Source: Paraspadella gotoi | Lineage: Eukaryota > Animalia > Chaetognatha | Direction of reading: 5' to 3' | DNA: 64,000 bases | Assembly: GCA_051294375.1 (NCBI GenBank) | Contig: CM119269.1 | Span: 7,160,778-7,224,777, forward strand | Shown: one piece after another, positions 11,651-23,702 of the stretch | How positions within the stretch are numbered: the first letter of the stretch is position 1 | How the letters are laid out: each line of letters opens with the position of its first letter | Position numbers and translations under genes: made by a program | Notes under the pieces: generated by a model | What the model was told of the DNA's origin: nothing | Databases searched by the model: none | What the model saw: only the letters and a program-made list of their open reading frames with translations

Positions 11651-13949
11651 AAAAAATCTCCATAATAAGTATGTAAAAGATCCTTTTTTAGAAAGGAAGG
11701 TATATTGCCTGAGATAAGAAAAGTATATTCTTAAGTACTACGAGGTTCAGTAGAAACGGCTGTAGGGCCAACATCAAAGGCGCGCACTCTAATCGAAATC
11801 AAAACGCACTCAAGATCAGGAGCAGCGCACCAAAGCATCACCACAGAAAGTCAGAACGGAATTACTCGGCAGACTAAAAGCGTTGGCGCAAAAAGCCGCA
11901 AATTGTCGCGACGCAATGATTCGTGTTCGAAGCGACGCAGCGACATCTAATGGCGAAGCAAAAACAGTAGCGCCACCGTCGTTGGCGGGATGTCTGGCCG
12001 AATTCCCGGACAAAAGGCTAATAATCCTTTGGGAGAAGAGAGAACTCTCTCTACTCTCTCGTGCATCTCTCTCTTTCTGCTNNNNNNNNNNNNNNNNNNN
12101 NNNNNNNNNNNNNNNNNNNNNNNNNNNNNNNNNNNNNNNNNNNNNNNNNNNNNNNNNNNNNNNNNNNNNNNNNNNNNNNNNNNNNNNNNNNNNNNNNNNN
12201 NNNNNNNNNNNNNNNNNNNNNNNNNNNNNNNNNNNNNNNNNNNNNNNNNNNNNNNNNNNNNNNNNNNNNNNNNNNNNNNNNNNNNNNNNNNNGAGAGAGA
12301 GAGAGAGAGAGAGAGAGAGCGCTATGTATAAAAGTCATTGGCCAATTTCGATATCCGGTTTTTGCCCTTATTTAATAAAGTGAATGGATAATATTTTTAT
12401 TGGTTGCACTAATTTGCATGAGACGAAGAAAAGAGTATTTAAGTTTTAAAAAAATGTAATTTGCATTTTGAATATCAGTAGTAGTGTTTGTGCCACGAAT
12501 GTTTGTTTTCTTTTCGAAAGGCAAACAAAAACTTTCATGGAAAAAAACCGGTTTTATTCAGAACCAATTAGTTCAGTGGAATAATCCAAGGAGTCGCTGG
12601 ACCGGATGAGGAGAGAGAGAGAGGGGGGGGAAAGAGAGAAGAGAGTAGAGACAGATAGAGAGAAGGAGAGAGAAGGAGAGAGGGAGACAGAGAAAAAAGG
12701 AGAACGTGAGATAAATTTTTTTAAATATTTTTTTTTGATCGTGATTTATATTTACAATAAATGATGACTTAACATCCGTTTTCTTACATTTAATCTGACC
12801 ATCTCAATACATATAACAAAGTATAAATCAAAAATAAACTGAAACCCATCATAAAGTTCCTTCAGACATTAAATAAAATGTACACAGAAAATCATTTCTC
12901 AAAGTTGAATCGTTGGAATTCTCTGTTTTCTCTCTTCGCAATCACGCGAGTCAAGGCCGCGTCATTTTCAACAAACATCGGTTTTAGATTAAAAAAAAAT
13001 GTCAATTGAAATTTGCAAACAAACGAGAAAAGAGAAAACAAAGAAAACAATGAAAAACAAACGCGAAAGAAACAAAGAAAACAAGAAATGAAACGAGGAA
13101 TGAGATAAAACGGAGATGGAGAGAAAGAAGGAGGGCGGAGAGAATAAAATGAGGCGTGAGGGTTCTTAGTTTTTAAACGAGATGAGAAAATAAGAATATT
13201 AGGAAAAAAAAATATGAATTAGAAAGAAATTATAAAAAAAAAAGAAAATAATCGATAAAAGGTCAAACTCATATTCCAAATTTGGTCGTCTCACGCCCCC
13301 CTTGCCATTCGCTTCTCCGCTGTCAGAAAAGTCACCATAATCTGTCGTAAAAACGCAGCAGAAAGCTGCAGTTGAATCGAAAGGAGAGCAGCTGCAGCAC
13401 AGCCTGCTGTAGCAAATTCTCTTGCATCAACAACGTTTATGTGACTCAGCATTTTTTTTTTTATTTGTAGTCATATATGAGGAGGAATAATACAGAAGAC
13501 TGTCTTGTCTTCGTGGTTTTCATTGTCGTTATCGTCGTCGTCAACGTCGTTATCTTCGTGGTCATCGTCGTAATCGTCGTCATCGTCTTTGTCTTTAAAG
13601 CTTAGGTTTGGTTCCATCCGTCGTACTCTTCTTTTTATTTGTTTGAAATGGTGAAAGAGNNNNNNNNNNNNNNNNNNNNNNNNNNNNNNNNNNNNNNNNN
13701 NNNNNNNNNNNNNNNNNNNNNNNNNNNNNNNNNNNNNNNNNNNNNNNNNNNNNNNNNNNNNNNNNNNNNNNNNNNNNNNNNNNNNNNNNNNNNNNNNNNN
13801 NNNNNNNNNNNNNNNNNNNNNNNNNNNNNNNNNNNNNNNNNNNNNNNNNNNNNNNNNNNNNNNNNNNNNNNAAAAAAGAAAAAAGAAAAAAAGAAAAAAA
13901 GGTCGAAAAGACTCGAAACATTCGATTCGGGTTATATAATTCGTCTCGA

Positions 13950-14230
13950 TTCCATGCCAAGACAGATGGCGCCATGCAGAGTTTCCATGCCATGCCGACT
14001 CAATCTAGAGGCTCCATGTCAGGACAGATGGCGCNNNNNNNNNNNNNNNNNNNNNNNNNNNNNNNNNNNNNNNNNNNNNNNNNNNNNNNNNNNNNNNNNN
14101 NNNNNNNNNNNNNNNNNNNNNNNNNNNNNNNNNNNNNNNNNNNGATGGCGCCATGCAGAGTTTCCCTGCCATGCCGACTCAATATAGAGGTTCCACGTCA
14201 GGACAGATAGCGCCATGCAGAGTTTCCATG
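13950..14230 (+). repeat. ~62-bp tandem repeat spanning a gap
   Basis: gacagatggcgccatgcagagtttccatgccatgccgactcaatctagaggctccatgtcag recurs on both sides of N14035-14143. Confidence 0.85.
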
Positions 14231-14504
14231 AAAATTAAGGAGCAAAAAAGCAATAAACAACAGTAAAAAAACTTGAAATAAAGTTTTAAGAAAAAAAATG
14301 AATACCAAATGAAAGAAGGAAAAGCGTTGTTCTCTTGTTTCGCTTCGTTTGGTCTCACATTGCGTCACCGTCCGACTCGTCATTAACCGAAGCCAAACAA
14401 CTCGTCAAACATTTACGTCGTCGACATAAAAGAATAACGAGTTTCTATGGCAACGAAGCATCAAAAAAGACGTTATTTAAAGAGAAAGAGAGAGACGAAA
14501 AAGA

Positions 14505-14539
<35 letters not shown>

Positions 14540-14682
14540 TAGGTTCCGTCACCGAAATGATGATAATGTCTTAGATGGAAAAAGCGACACTCGCCCCTCT
14601 GGTGGCGGCCATGGAACGTGATAAGCGATGCCTCGGAGAGCGACAAAAAGTTCATTCGCTCGGGGCAACCAGGCAACCTCGT

Positions 14683-14727
<45 letters not shown>

Positions 14728-16898
14728 GTCTCCCTTTCTATCTCTCTTTTTTCTTTTCATAACGCGTTTGTGTGAGATAAAAGACAAAGAAAAAACGTGA
14801 GTTTTGCTGCGGAGGCGTTTAAAACTTTTTTTCCCACGTCCAGTTTTTTTAAATTTGTGGAAAATTCTTCGTTGTTAATAAACTAACTTAGTATATAAGT
14901 TACTAACTTAGTATATATGATACTTTTTTGTGTCAGTTTTACTTCTTATCTTTCTTATTTAACTTTTGTTACCTTCTGAGCGAAAAACCATTAATCATTC
15001 TTTCTCGTTCTCTCTTTCTTTGTCTCTCTCCCTCTCACTCTCCGTCTCTTTCTCTCTTTCTCTCTTTCTTNNNNNNNNNNNNNNNNNNNNNNNNNNNNNN
15101 NNNNNNNNNNNNNNNNNNNNNNNNNNNNNNNNNNNNNNNNNNNNNNNNNNNNNNNNNNNNNNNNNNNNNNNNNNNNNNNNNNNNNNNNNNNNNNNNNNNN
15201 NNNNNNNNNNNNNNNNNNNNNNNNNNNNNNNNNNNNNNNNNNNNNNNNNNNNNNNNNNNNNNNNNNNNNNNNNNNNNNNNNNNNNNNNNNNNNNNNNNNN
15301 NNNNNNNNNNNNNNNNNNNNNNNNNNNNNNNNNNNNNNNNNNNNNNNNNNNNNNNNNNNNNNNNNNNNNNNNNNNNNNNNNNNNNNNNNNNNNNNNNNNN
15401 NNNNNNNNNNNNNNNNNNNNNNNNNNNNNNNNNNNNNNNNNNNNNNNNNNNNNNNNNNNNNNNNNNNNNNNNNNNNNNNNNNNNNNNNNNNNNNNNNNNN
15501 NNNNNNNNNNNNNNNNNNNNNNNNNNNNNNNNNNNNNNNNNNNNNNNNNNNNNNNNNNNNNNNNNNNNNNNNNNNNNNNNNNNNNNNNNNNNNNNNNNNN
15601 NNNNNNNNNNNNNNNNNNNNNNNNNNNNNNNNNNNNNNNNNNNNNNNNNNNNNNNNNNNNNNNNAAGAAAAAAAAATAAGAAGAAGAACAATTTTTTTGG
15701 GAAGATGAAGAGTGGAAGGAGAAACACGGAGGAAGAGGGCGAGGAGAAGAAGAAGAAGGAAACCTAGATGGAAGAAGAAAAGAAAAAGAAAGGAGGAGGC
15801 GTAGAGGAAGAAGGAAGAGGAGAAGAAGAAAGAAAATGAGGAGGAAGCGAGAGGAGAAGAAAAAGAAGAAGGGAAAAAAAGGTAGGATGCGAGCAAGGGT
15901 ATGGAGAGAAGGAAGAAGTTGAAAGGCCTTGGGAAGGGAGAAAAGAAGACGAGTAAAGGATGCGACGAAATGAAAGAGGAAAGAAAAAGGAGTGAAAGAG
16001 TGAATAAGTAAAAAGGAGATGGGGTAGAGGAATATGAAATTAGAGCGAAAAGCTGAGGGGGGGGGTAGAAAATGAAGCAATGAATATATGGGGCAGAGGA
16101 CATCTCTGGAAGAAATGGAGGTCGAAAGTGGAATGGAAAAAAAAGGCGAGGATCGGAGACAACGCCTCCTTCGGGGAGGAGGAAGGGCGTGGCCCTGCGG
16201 CGGGCGGGAACGGTCGCGCCTACGACGCCCGAAACCATAAATGGGAACAGAGAGAGTGGGAGGACTTTTTTTCTTTCGTCGAATGCGGGTGGAAATGCAA
16301 AGAGAAAAGTTTGTCGCTGTTGAATTGAATTTTGGGACAGATGGAAGTCGGGATGCGTTTGATGGCAGATTTGGTCTTTTTGTGACCAAAAGTGATTAAC
16401 GGGACGAGAAAGTCTTTTTCGTTTTTTTGGGTCTTTATCTAGTTTCTTTTTCTTTAACTCTTTTTCTCTCTGTCTCTCTCTCTGTCTGTCAGTATGTCTT
16501 TCTATCTTTCTCGCTCTCTCTCTCTCTCTCTCTCNNNNNNNNNNNNNNNNNNNNNNNNNNNCTCTCTCTCTCTCTCTCTCTCTCTCACTCTTTCTCTCTT
16601 TTTCTGACTTTCTGTCTGTCAGTCTCTTTCTCTATCTCTCTCTCGTCTATTTTCTTTAAAGGAATCTTTTTTCTCAAAATCAACGACAACAACAACAACA
16701 ACAACGACGATTAAAATAAACAAACAACTCAATTTTTCAACTCATTTAATCGCTGAGTGAATTCGTCTCGGACGTCGACGCGTCTCCCTTTTAGCGGCGA
16801 ACGAGAAAAAAAAACTTAATCTACTTTGTAGTAAATTTGATAAATTAATTTCGATTGCCCGCCCGTTTCCATCAAAACTAATTGCCTTTGTCGTCGTT

Positions 16899-16930
<32 letters not shown>

Positions 16931-17159
16931 GATTATGACTAACGACCCGCGGGAATAGACGACCGTTTTTATGAATTTTATATATATATTTTTCTTTCTT
17001 TTTAATTACTTTCCCTTTTTTTTAAATTTTACCTAAAGTTTTTTTTTGGGGGGGTTTTATATATAATTTTATTTATTTTATTATTTCTACTTTCCTTTAA
17101 ACTTTTAAGTCACGGGTCAACCGGTTGTCTCATCCATAGATGTAGTCGGGCATTGCCTA

Positions 17160-17938
17160 GGTTCACCCCGCCTACAAGCATGACACCTTCAGTCGTGACC
17201 CGGTGACTCATTGAGTAAAGCCATCAGTTCATGACCACAAGGTACTGGGAAGCGTGAGGACGGCCGTAAGACGCCTTGGGGGCGTGGCAAACCCTCAAGC
17301 CTGGTTCCAAGCCCAGGGACCCGTTCCATGGCTGCTAGAGGGGGTTATAGAAGTCACCGACATTCATCTTCAGCCCACGAAGCGCCTTATCCACATACAT
17401 TTCGCTTATCGCAATGATCTTTATGATATAGCATAAAAATAAAGAAACAAGTAAGGAATGATTTATTCATAAAAATCAGCAATCATCAACACAGTGACGT
17501 TTTTAAAAAATGTATAATTATATTCGATTTAATAATCGAATATAATTATACATTTTTTACTAAAAATCATAACTTGTAGAAAGTCAAGGTGCGATTATTT
17601 TTTTTTTTTAAAGAGGGAAGGAGTATTAGTTCTAAAGCAGTTTTTTTTTGTGATAGCGACTAGCGAGTGATCAACGCTGCGAAAAATAATTAATATAAAT
17701 ATTTGTCGCTTTGTTCCATTGAATTTCACTTTTCACGTCTTATTTGAATAATTGAATGAATGAATGAATGAATGAATGAATGAATGAATGAATGAATGAA
17801 TGGATGGATGGATGAATGAATGAATGAATGAATGAATGAATGAATGAATGAATGAATGAATGAATGAATGAATGAAGAATGAATGAATGAATGAATGAAT
17901 AAAGAAATAAATAAAGAAATTTTTAAATAAATAATTTT

Positions 17939-18030
<92 letters not shown>

Positions 18031-18757
18031 ATATATATATAAATAAATAAATAAATAAATTATCAAATTAATGAATGAAAGAATTTTTTTCTCAAATCTA
18101 TTTCTTCCTAAAAAAAAATCGTGAAAAAAAGGGAAAAAAATCGTGAAAAAAAAAGGAAAAAAATTCGTGAAAAAAAATAAAAAAAAATAATTAAAAAGTC
18201 GAAGGAAAAGCAAATTTCGATGATGACGAAAGATCACTTCCGGTCGCGATGGTAAAGGAGGAAAGGTAGCAAGGGGGCAAGGGAGTAGGGCGCAAGGTGG
18301 CACGGTGGAAAAGGATAAAAGGGGGCAAGAAGGCAAGATGGCAAGGAGGCAAGGGGTCCAGCGGGCAAGGTGTCATGGTAGCAAGGCGGCAAGGGGGTCA
18401 AGGGGCCGCGAGGCGTCAGGAATAAAGATAGAAAGAAATGAGGCAAACGAGTGGCACAACTGAAAAAGAAATTACGTTCTATTCACGTCGCCATTTTGTA
18501 ATTTTATCACGAAAAAAGGAAATGGGGAAAAGGCGAAGATTTTTCACTTTTATATATTTTTTTTCTTAACAAAATTTTTTCTAGGAAATCTTATGAATAT
18601 CCTTCGGCGCGAAGTTGGTTCTCCTAACATTTTCACCCATAAATTTTCTCACGGAAACTAAAAAAAAAACCAACTATTTTATCGAACAAAGTTCCTAAAT
18701 CTCTCGAGCAACGATGACCTCTTCGCGCCTCAAACAGCGCCACCTTTGGCGTTACCA
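17160..18757 (+). repeat. Duplicated block, copy A (copy B at ~20065-21853)
   Basis: Colinear match from ttcaccccgcctacaagcatgacacc through (AATG)n, (AAAT)n and ggcaagg repeats to cacctttggcgttacc. Copy B carries many 1-bp insertions. Confidence 0.9.
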
Positions 18758-20064
18758 CTCCAGTGATCGTCGCCGTTAAAACGGCGCCCCCTTTTATTTC
18801 CGGCTTCTAATTCCGCCTGCAATATCCACCCCCTTCTACCCCCTCGAATTTCCGGCCCCTGTAATTCCGAGCCCGAGAATCTGGTGTCAACGTCGACCGG
18901 AGAATGCATCACGTCGATCGTAAAAAACGAACCAAAATTGCGGTCTCCCTTTTTTTTTTTTTCGTCTCGGTATCTTGAGCGAAAAGATTGGCGCTCGATG
19001 CCTGAAAAATCAAAATATGGCGCTTGACTGCGAGCTTCTTAGCAAAGGATGGCGCCTCGGTGCGCTTGCAACTTTCAACGATGGCTTCCATGGTCTCATA
19101 ATTATGAAATTTTAAAAAGATATTTGCTTTAAAAAACTAAGATTAAAGTCGTAAATAGTGTACAACCATATGTGGCGCTACANNNNNNNNNNNNNNNNNN
19201 NNNNNNNNNNNNNNNNNNNNNNNNNNNNNNNNNNNNNNNNNNNNNNNNNNNNNNNNNNNNNNNNNNNNNNNNNNNNNNNNNNNNNNNNNNNNNNNNNNNN
19301 NNNNNNNNNNNNNNNNNNNNNNNNNNNNNNNNNNNNNNNNNNNNNNNNNNNNNNNNNNNNNNNNNNNNNNNNNNNNNNNNNNNNNNNNNNNNNNNNNNNN
19401 NNNNNNNNNNNNNNNNNNNNNNNNNNNNNNNNNNNNNNNNNNNNNNNNNNNNNNNNNNNNNNNNNNNNNNNNNNNNNNNNNNNNNNNNNNNNNNNNNNNN
19501 NNNNNNNNNNNNNNNNNNNNNNNNNNNNNNNNNNNNNNNNNNNNNNNNNNNNNNNNNNNNNNNNNNNNNNNNNNNNNNNNNNNNNNNNNNNNNNNNNNNN
19601 NNNNNNNNNNNNNNNNNNNNNNNNNNNNNNNNNNNNNNNNNNNNNNNNNNNNNNNNATTAACTGAATGGATAATTTTTATATTGGTTGTACCAATTACAC
19701 TCAAACAAATTTACTCTAGTAATTCTCTCTTTTAATTCACTCTTTTTTTTCACTCTTGACTTTCTTGGCAACTTTTCTTTTCCAATTTATTTCATGTGGG
19801 GCGTCAGGGCTGAGGGGGCGTTGGAGACAAGAGGGGCTGCGTGGGGTGGGGGCTGAAAGAGGAAAATGCGGGAGGGGCATTTCTCACTCGATCACTTTCC
19901 TTTTTTTTGCTCTTCGATTCTCGCCTGAGTCCAATTTTACTCATTTTCCTTTTCTTATCTTTTCCTTTTTTTCCCCCCGTTTTTTTAAAATTTTCTCCGG
20001 TTTTTTGCCCCCAAATTTTTTTTTAATATATTTTTAGTCGAAAAAAAAAAGGAAGAGAGAGCAT

Positions 20065-21853
20065 TCACCCCGCCTCAACAAGCATGACACCTTCAAGTCC
20101 GTGACCGTGAACTCATGGAGTAAAGCCATCAGTTCATGACATCAAGGTACTGGGAAGAAGCGTGAGGACGGCCCGTAAGACGAACACTTGGGCCGTGGCA
20201 AACCCTCACCAGCCTGCGTCTCCAAAGGCCCTAGGGACCGCTTTCATGGCCTGCTAGAGGGGGTTAATAGAAGTCACCGATCATTACCATCTTCAGCCCA
20301 CGAAGCGCCTCTCATCACTCAACATTCTTCTGCGTCTAACTCGCCAATCGATCCTTAATCCGATAATACTAAAAATACAAGAAACAGTAAAGGAATGATT
20401 TATTCATAAAAAAGTCACAATCATTCAACACTAGTGACGTTTTAAAAATGTTATAATATATTCGATTTAATAACGAATATAAATGATACATTTATTTACT
20501 AAAAATCAATAACTTGTAGAAAGTCTCAGGTGCGATTGATTTTTTTTTTTAAAAGAGGGAAGAGTATTAGTTCTAAAGCAAGTCTTTTTTTTTTGTGGAT
20601 AGCGACTATGCCGATTGATCAATTCGCTGCGACAAAATAATTAGATATAAATATTTTTGTCCCGCTTTGTTCCCCAGTTGAAATTTCACTTTTTTCAACG
20701 TCTTATTGTTTGAAGACTAATTGAATGATATGAATTGAATGAAATGAATGAAATGAACTGAATGGAGTGGAAGATGGAATAATGAATGAATGAATGAATG
20801 GAATGAATGAAAATGGAATGAATGGATGAATGAATGAATGGAATGAAAATGAAGAATGGATATGAATGAAGAATGAATGAATGAAGAAGAATGAATGAAT
20901 GAATGAACACTGAATACAACCAGAAACTACACAATTCAGAACGAAAATCTTCTTTAAATAAATAATTTTTTAAGAAATAAACTATAATAAATAAATATAA
21001 ATAAATATAAATAAATAATAAATAAATAAATAAATTTATAATTTAAATAAATTAAATATATATATAAATAAATAGAATCAATTTATCAAAATTAATGGAA
21101 ATGAAAGAAAAATTTCTTTTTACCTCAAATCTATCTCTTCCTAAGAAAAAAAATCGTGAAAAAAAGGGAAAAAAATGCCGTGAAAAAAAAAAGAAAATAA
21201 ATTCCGTGAAAAAAAAATAAAAAAAATAATTAAAAAAGCTCGAAAGGAAAAGCAAATTTCGACTGATGAAACGAATTAGATCACTCTCCGGTCGCGCATG
21301 GTAAAGGAGGAAAGGTAGCAAGGGGGCAAAGGGGAGTAAGGGCGGCAAGGTGGGCAATGGGGGACAAAGGCATAAAAAGGGGCAAAGAATGGCAAGATGG
21401 GGCAAGAGGCAGAGGGGTCCAGCGGCAAAGGTGTCATGGTAAAGCAAGGTCGGCAAAGGGGTCAAGGGGCCGCGAGGCGTCAGCGAATAAAGATAGAAAG
21501 AAATGAGGCAAACGAGTGGCACAACCTGAAAAAGAAATTACGTTCTATTTCACGTCGCATCTTTTTTAATTTTATTCACGAATAAAAAGGAAATGGGGAA
21601 AAGGCCAAGATTTTCAACTTTTATTTATATTATTTTTTTTCTTAACAAAATTTTTTTTCTAGGAAATCTTAACATGAATATCCCTTCGCGCGAAGTTGGT
21701 TTTCTCCCTCAAATCTTCACCCAATAATTTTTTCTACGGAAACTAAAAATAAAACCAACTATTTCTATTCGAACAAAGTTCCTATAAATCTCTCGAGCAA
21801 CGAACTGACCTCCTTCCGCGCCTCAAACAGCGGCCAACCTTTTGGCGTTACCT
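20065..21853 (+). repeat. Duplicated block, copy B (insertion-rich, probably raw long read)
   Basis: Same order of motifs as 17160-18757 with scattered extra bases. Confidence 0.9.
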
Positions 21854-23702
21854 CATGTAGCCCGCACAGTATGGTATGTACACTATTTTTACTTTAATCC
21901 TAGTTTTTAAAGCAAATATCTGTTTTTAAAAAATTTCATAATTATAGGACCATGAAGCCAATCGTTGCAAGTTCACACCGAAAGCGCCCACGCTTTTCCT
22001 AAAGAAGCTCGCAGATCAAGCGCCATATTTGAACTTTTTCACGATTCGAGGCCACATCCCTGTTCGCTCAGAAACCGCAGACGAAAAAAAAAAAAGGGAG
22101 ACCAATTTTTTGTTCCGTTTTTTACGACACGACGTGAATCAATTCTCCCTCGAGCGACAACCGAGATTCCGGCCGGAATTACAGGGCGGAAATTCGAGGG
22201 GTAAGAAGGGGGTGGATATTGCACGCCGCCCGCACACCCTCACCAAACCCGGCGACAATTCAAAAGGGCGCGCCGCTTTTAAAACCGGCGAACGCCACCA
22301 ACGCCAGGCCTGGACCAATCAAGTGGTCAATTTTTGCGTCAAAGCAGCACGGCCAACACACAACAAAAAGCAGAAAGACAGAACGACGAAGCTCCTTACT
22401 CCCTCCGTTGGCCGGCGAAATCGTGAATCAGCCTGCGAGAAAAGCAGCCTTGAGGACAGCACAAAAGTTGCCTGACCGACCCATTTACGCGGTTTAATGA
22501 CACTCTCGACCAAGCAAAATCTGCGGTCCATCAAAATGCTTGGAAATTCTGGTCACCCAATTCCGCGGGCCACGCCCGTTGCCCATCTGAACTCCGAGCC
22601 TGAAACTCTTCCACATCAAATCTGGCAGTCCTTTCCTCTCCCGTCCCTCACTGTCCTCTAAAGAATACGAACCTGACCTGGATAGCGTAACATTGCTCCC
22701 AAGTACGGTGACACACAAATCTTACAACAAAGAAACAGAGTTAAAAAACAATACCCTGACCTCACACATTCTACTCAACGAATAAAATACACACCTTCTT
22801 TCAAATACCGGAAAACCTCTGTTCCTAGGCCCCATCCGTTGCCTAAATAAACCGTTTGAAATTGAAAAGCAAACCGAAATCACAGCAAGAGGCCTGGCGG
22901 AAGTTTCCTCTTGAAGAACGTCTGGATTAACCATTAAGATTAAAAACATTGAATCTTCTTCGCGCCAAATAAGAATAATACAATAAAATAAAAACACAAA
23001 TCGACTGTGAAAAATATTAAAAAGTTTTTAACATTTTTTTCTTTATCTCTTTTTTTACCCCTCATCAGAACAGCAATTGGGGCCTCTCTTTTTCGAAAAT
23101 AACGTCGTGTATTGTGTATTTGCAGTGTGATTTAAACATAATTACGTTATACTTACAGCAATTCAACTTTACCATTCCAACTGCACACAAAACAAATTGC
23201 GAAAGCTTGCAGGGCACCTTGCCTATGTCCAATTATCTTGTATAGTGCATGTTAGGCCTTAAACCACCAAAGCCTGTCTATAGTGAGCCCGAGCAAAGAT
23301 AGCTTACTTTATTAAATGAACTGGATAATTTCTTATAATTCGGTTGTAACCAATTACACCAAAAACAAATTCTACTCTAGTAATTTCTCTCTTTTCATTC
23401 ACTCTTTTTTTTCACTCTTGACTTTCTTGGCAACTTTTCTTTTCAATTCATTTCATGTGGGGCGTCAGCGGGCTCGAGGGCCGTTCGGAGACAAGAGCGG
23501 GGCTGCGTGGCGTGAGGGCTGAAAAGGAAAATGCGGCGAGGGGCATTTCTCACTCGACTCACTTTCCTTTTTTTGGCTCTCTCGATCTCGCCTGAGCTTC
23601 CAATTTTACTATTTTTCCTTTCTTATCTTCCTTTTTTTCCCCCCGTTTTTCCCTTTAAAATTTTCTCCGGTTTTTGCCCCCAAATTTTTTTTAATATATT
23701 TT

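Noticed and set aside
13330-13440. KRSRK...CSTACC as the start of a TGF-beta mature domain
   Set aside because: An in-frame stop precedes it and the VDF/GW/WII-P/CxGxC motifs do not follow.
13950-14230. Repeat array as a possible CRISPR
   Set aside because: The units are contiguous tandem copies with no unique spacers, there are no cas genes, and the context is eukaryotic.
14591-14606. CTCF-like motif (reverse GCCACCAGAGGGGCGA), with similar words at 13962, 18736 and 19165
   Set aside because: Short motif matches cannot be validated from sequence alone, and some lie in repeats.
17195-17255. tRNA-Met-like head in the 17.1-17.4 kb GC island
   Set aside because: Only a weak A-box and anticodon-like loop; no B-box or acceptor stem.
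22300-22950. Possible retroelement coding fragment
   Set aside because: The segment is noisy and has no recognisable RT, integrase or endonuclease motif.
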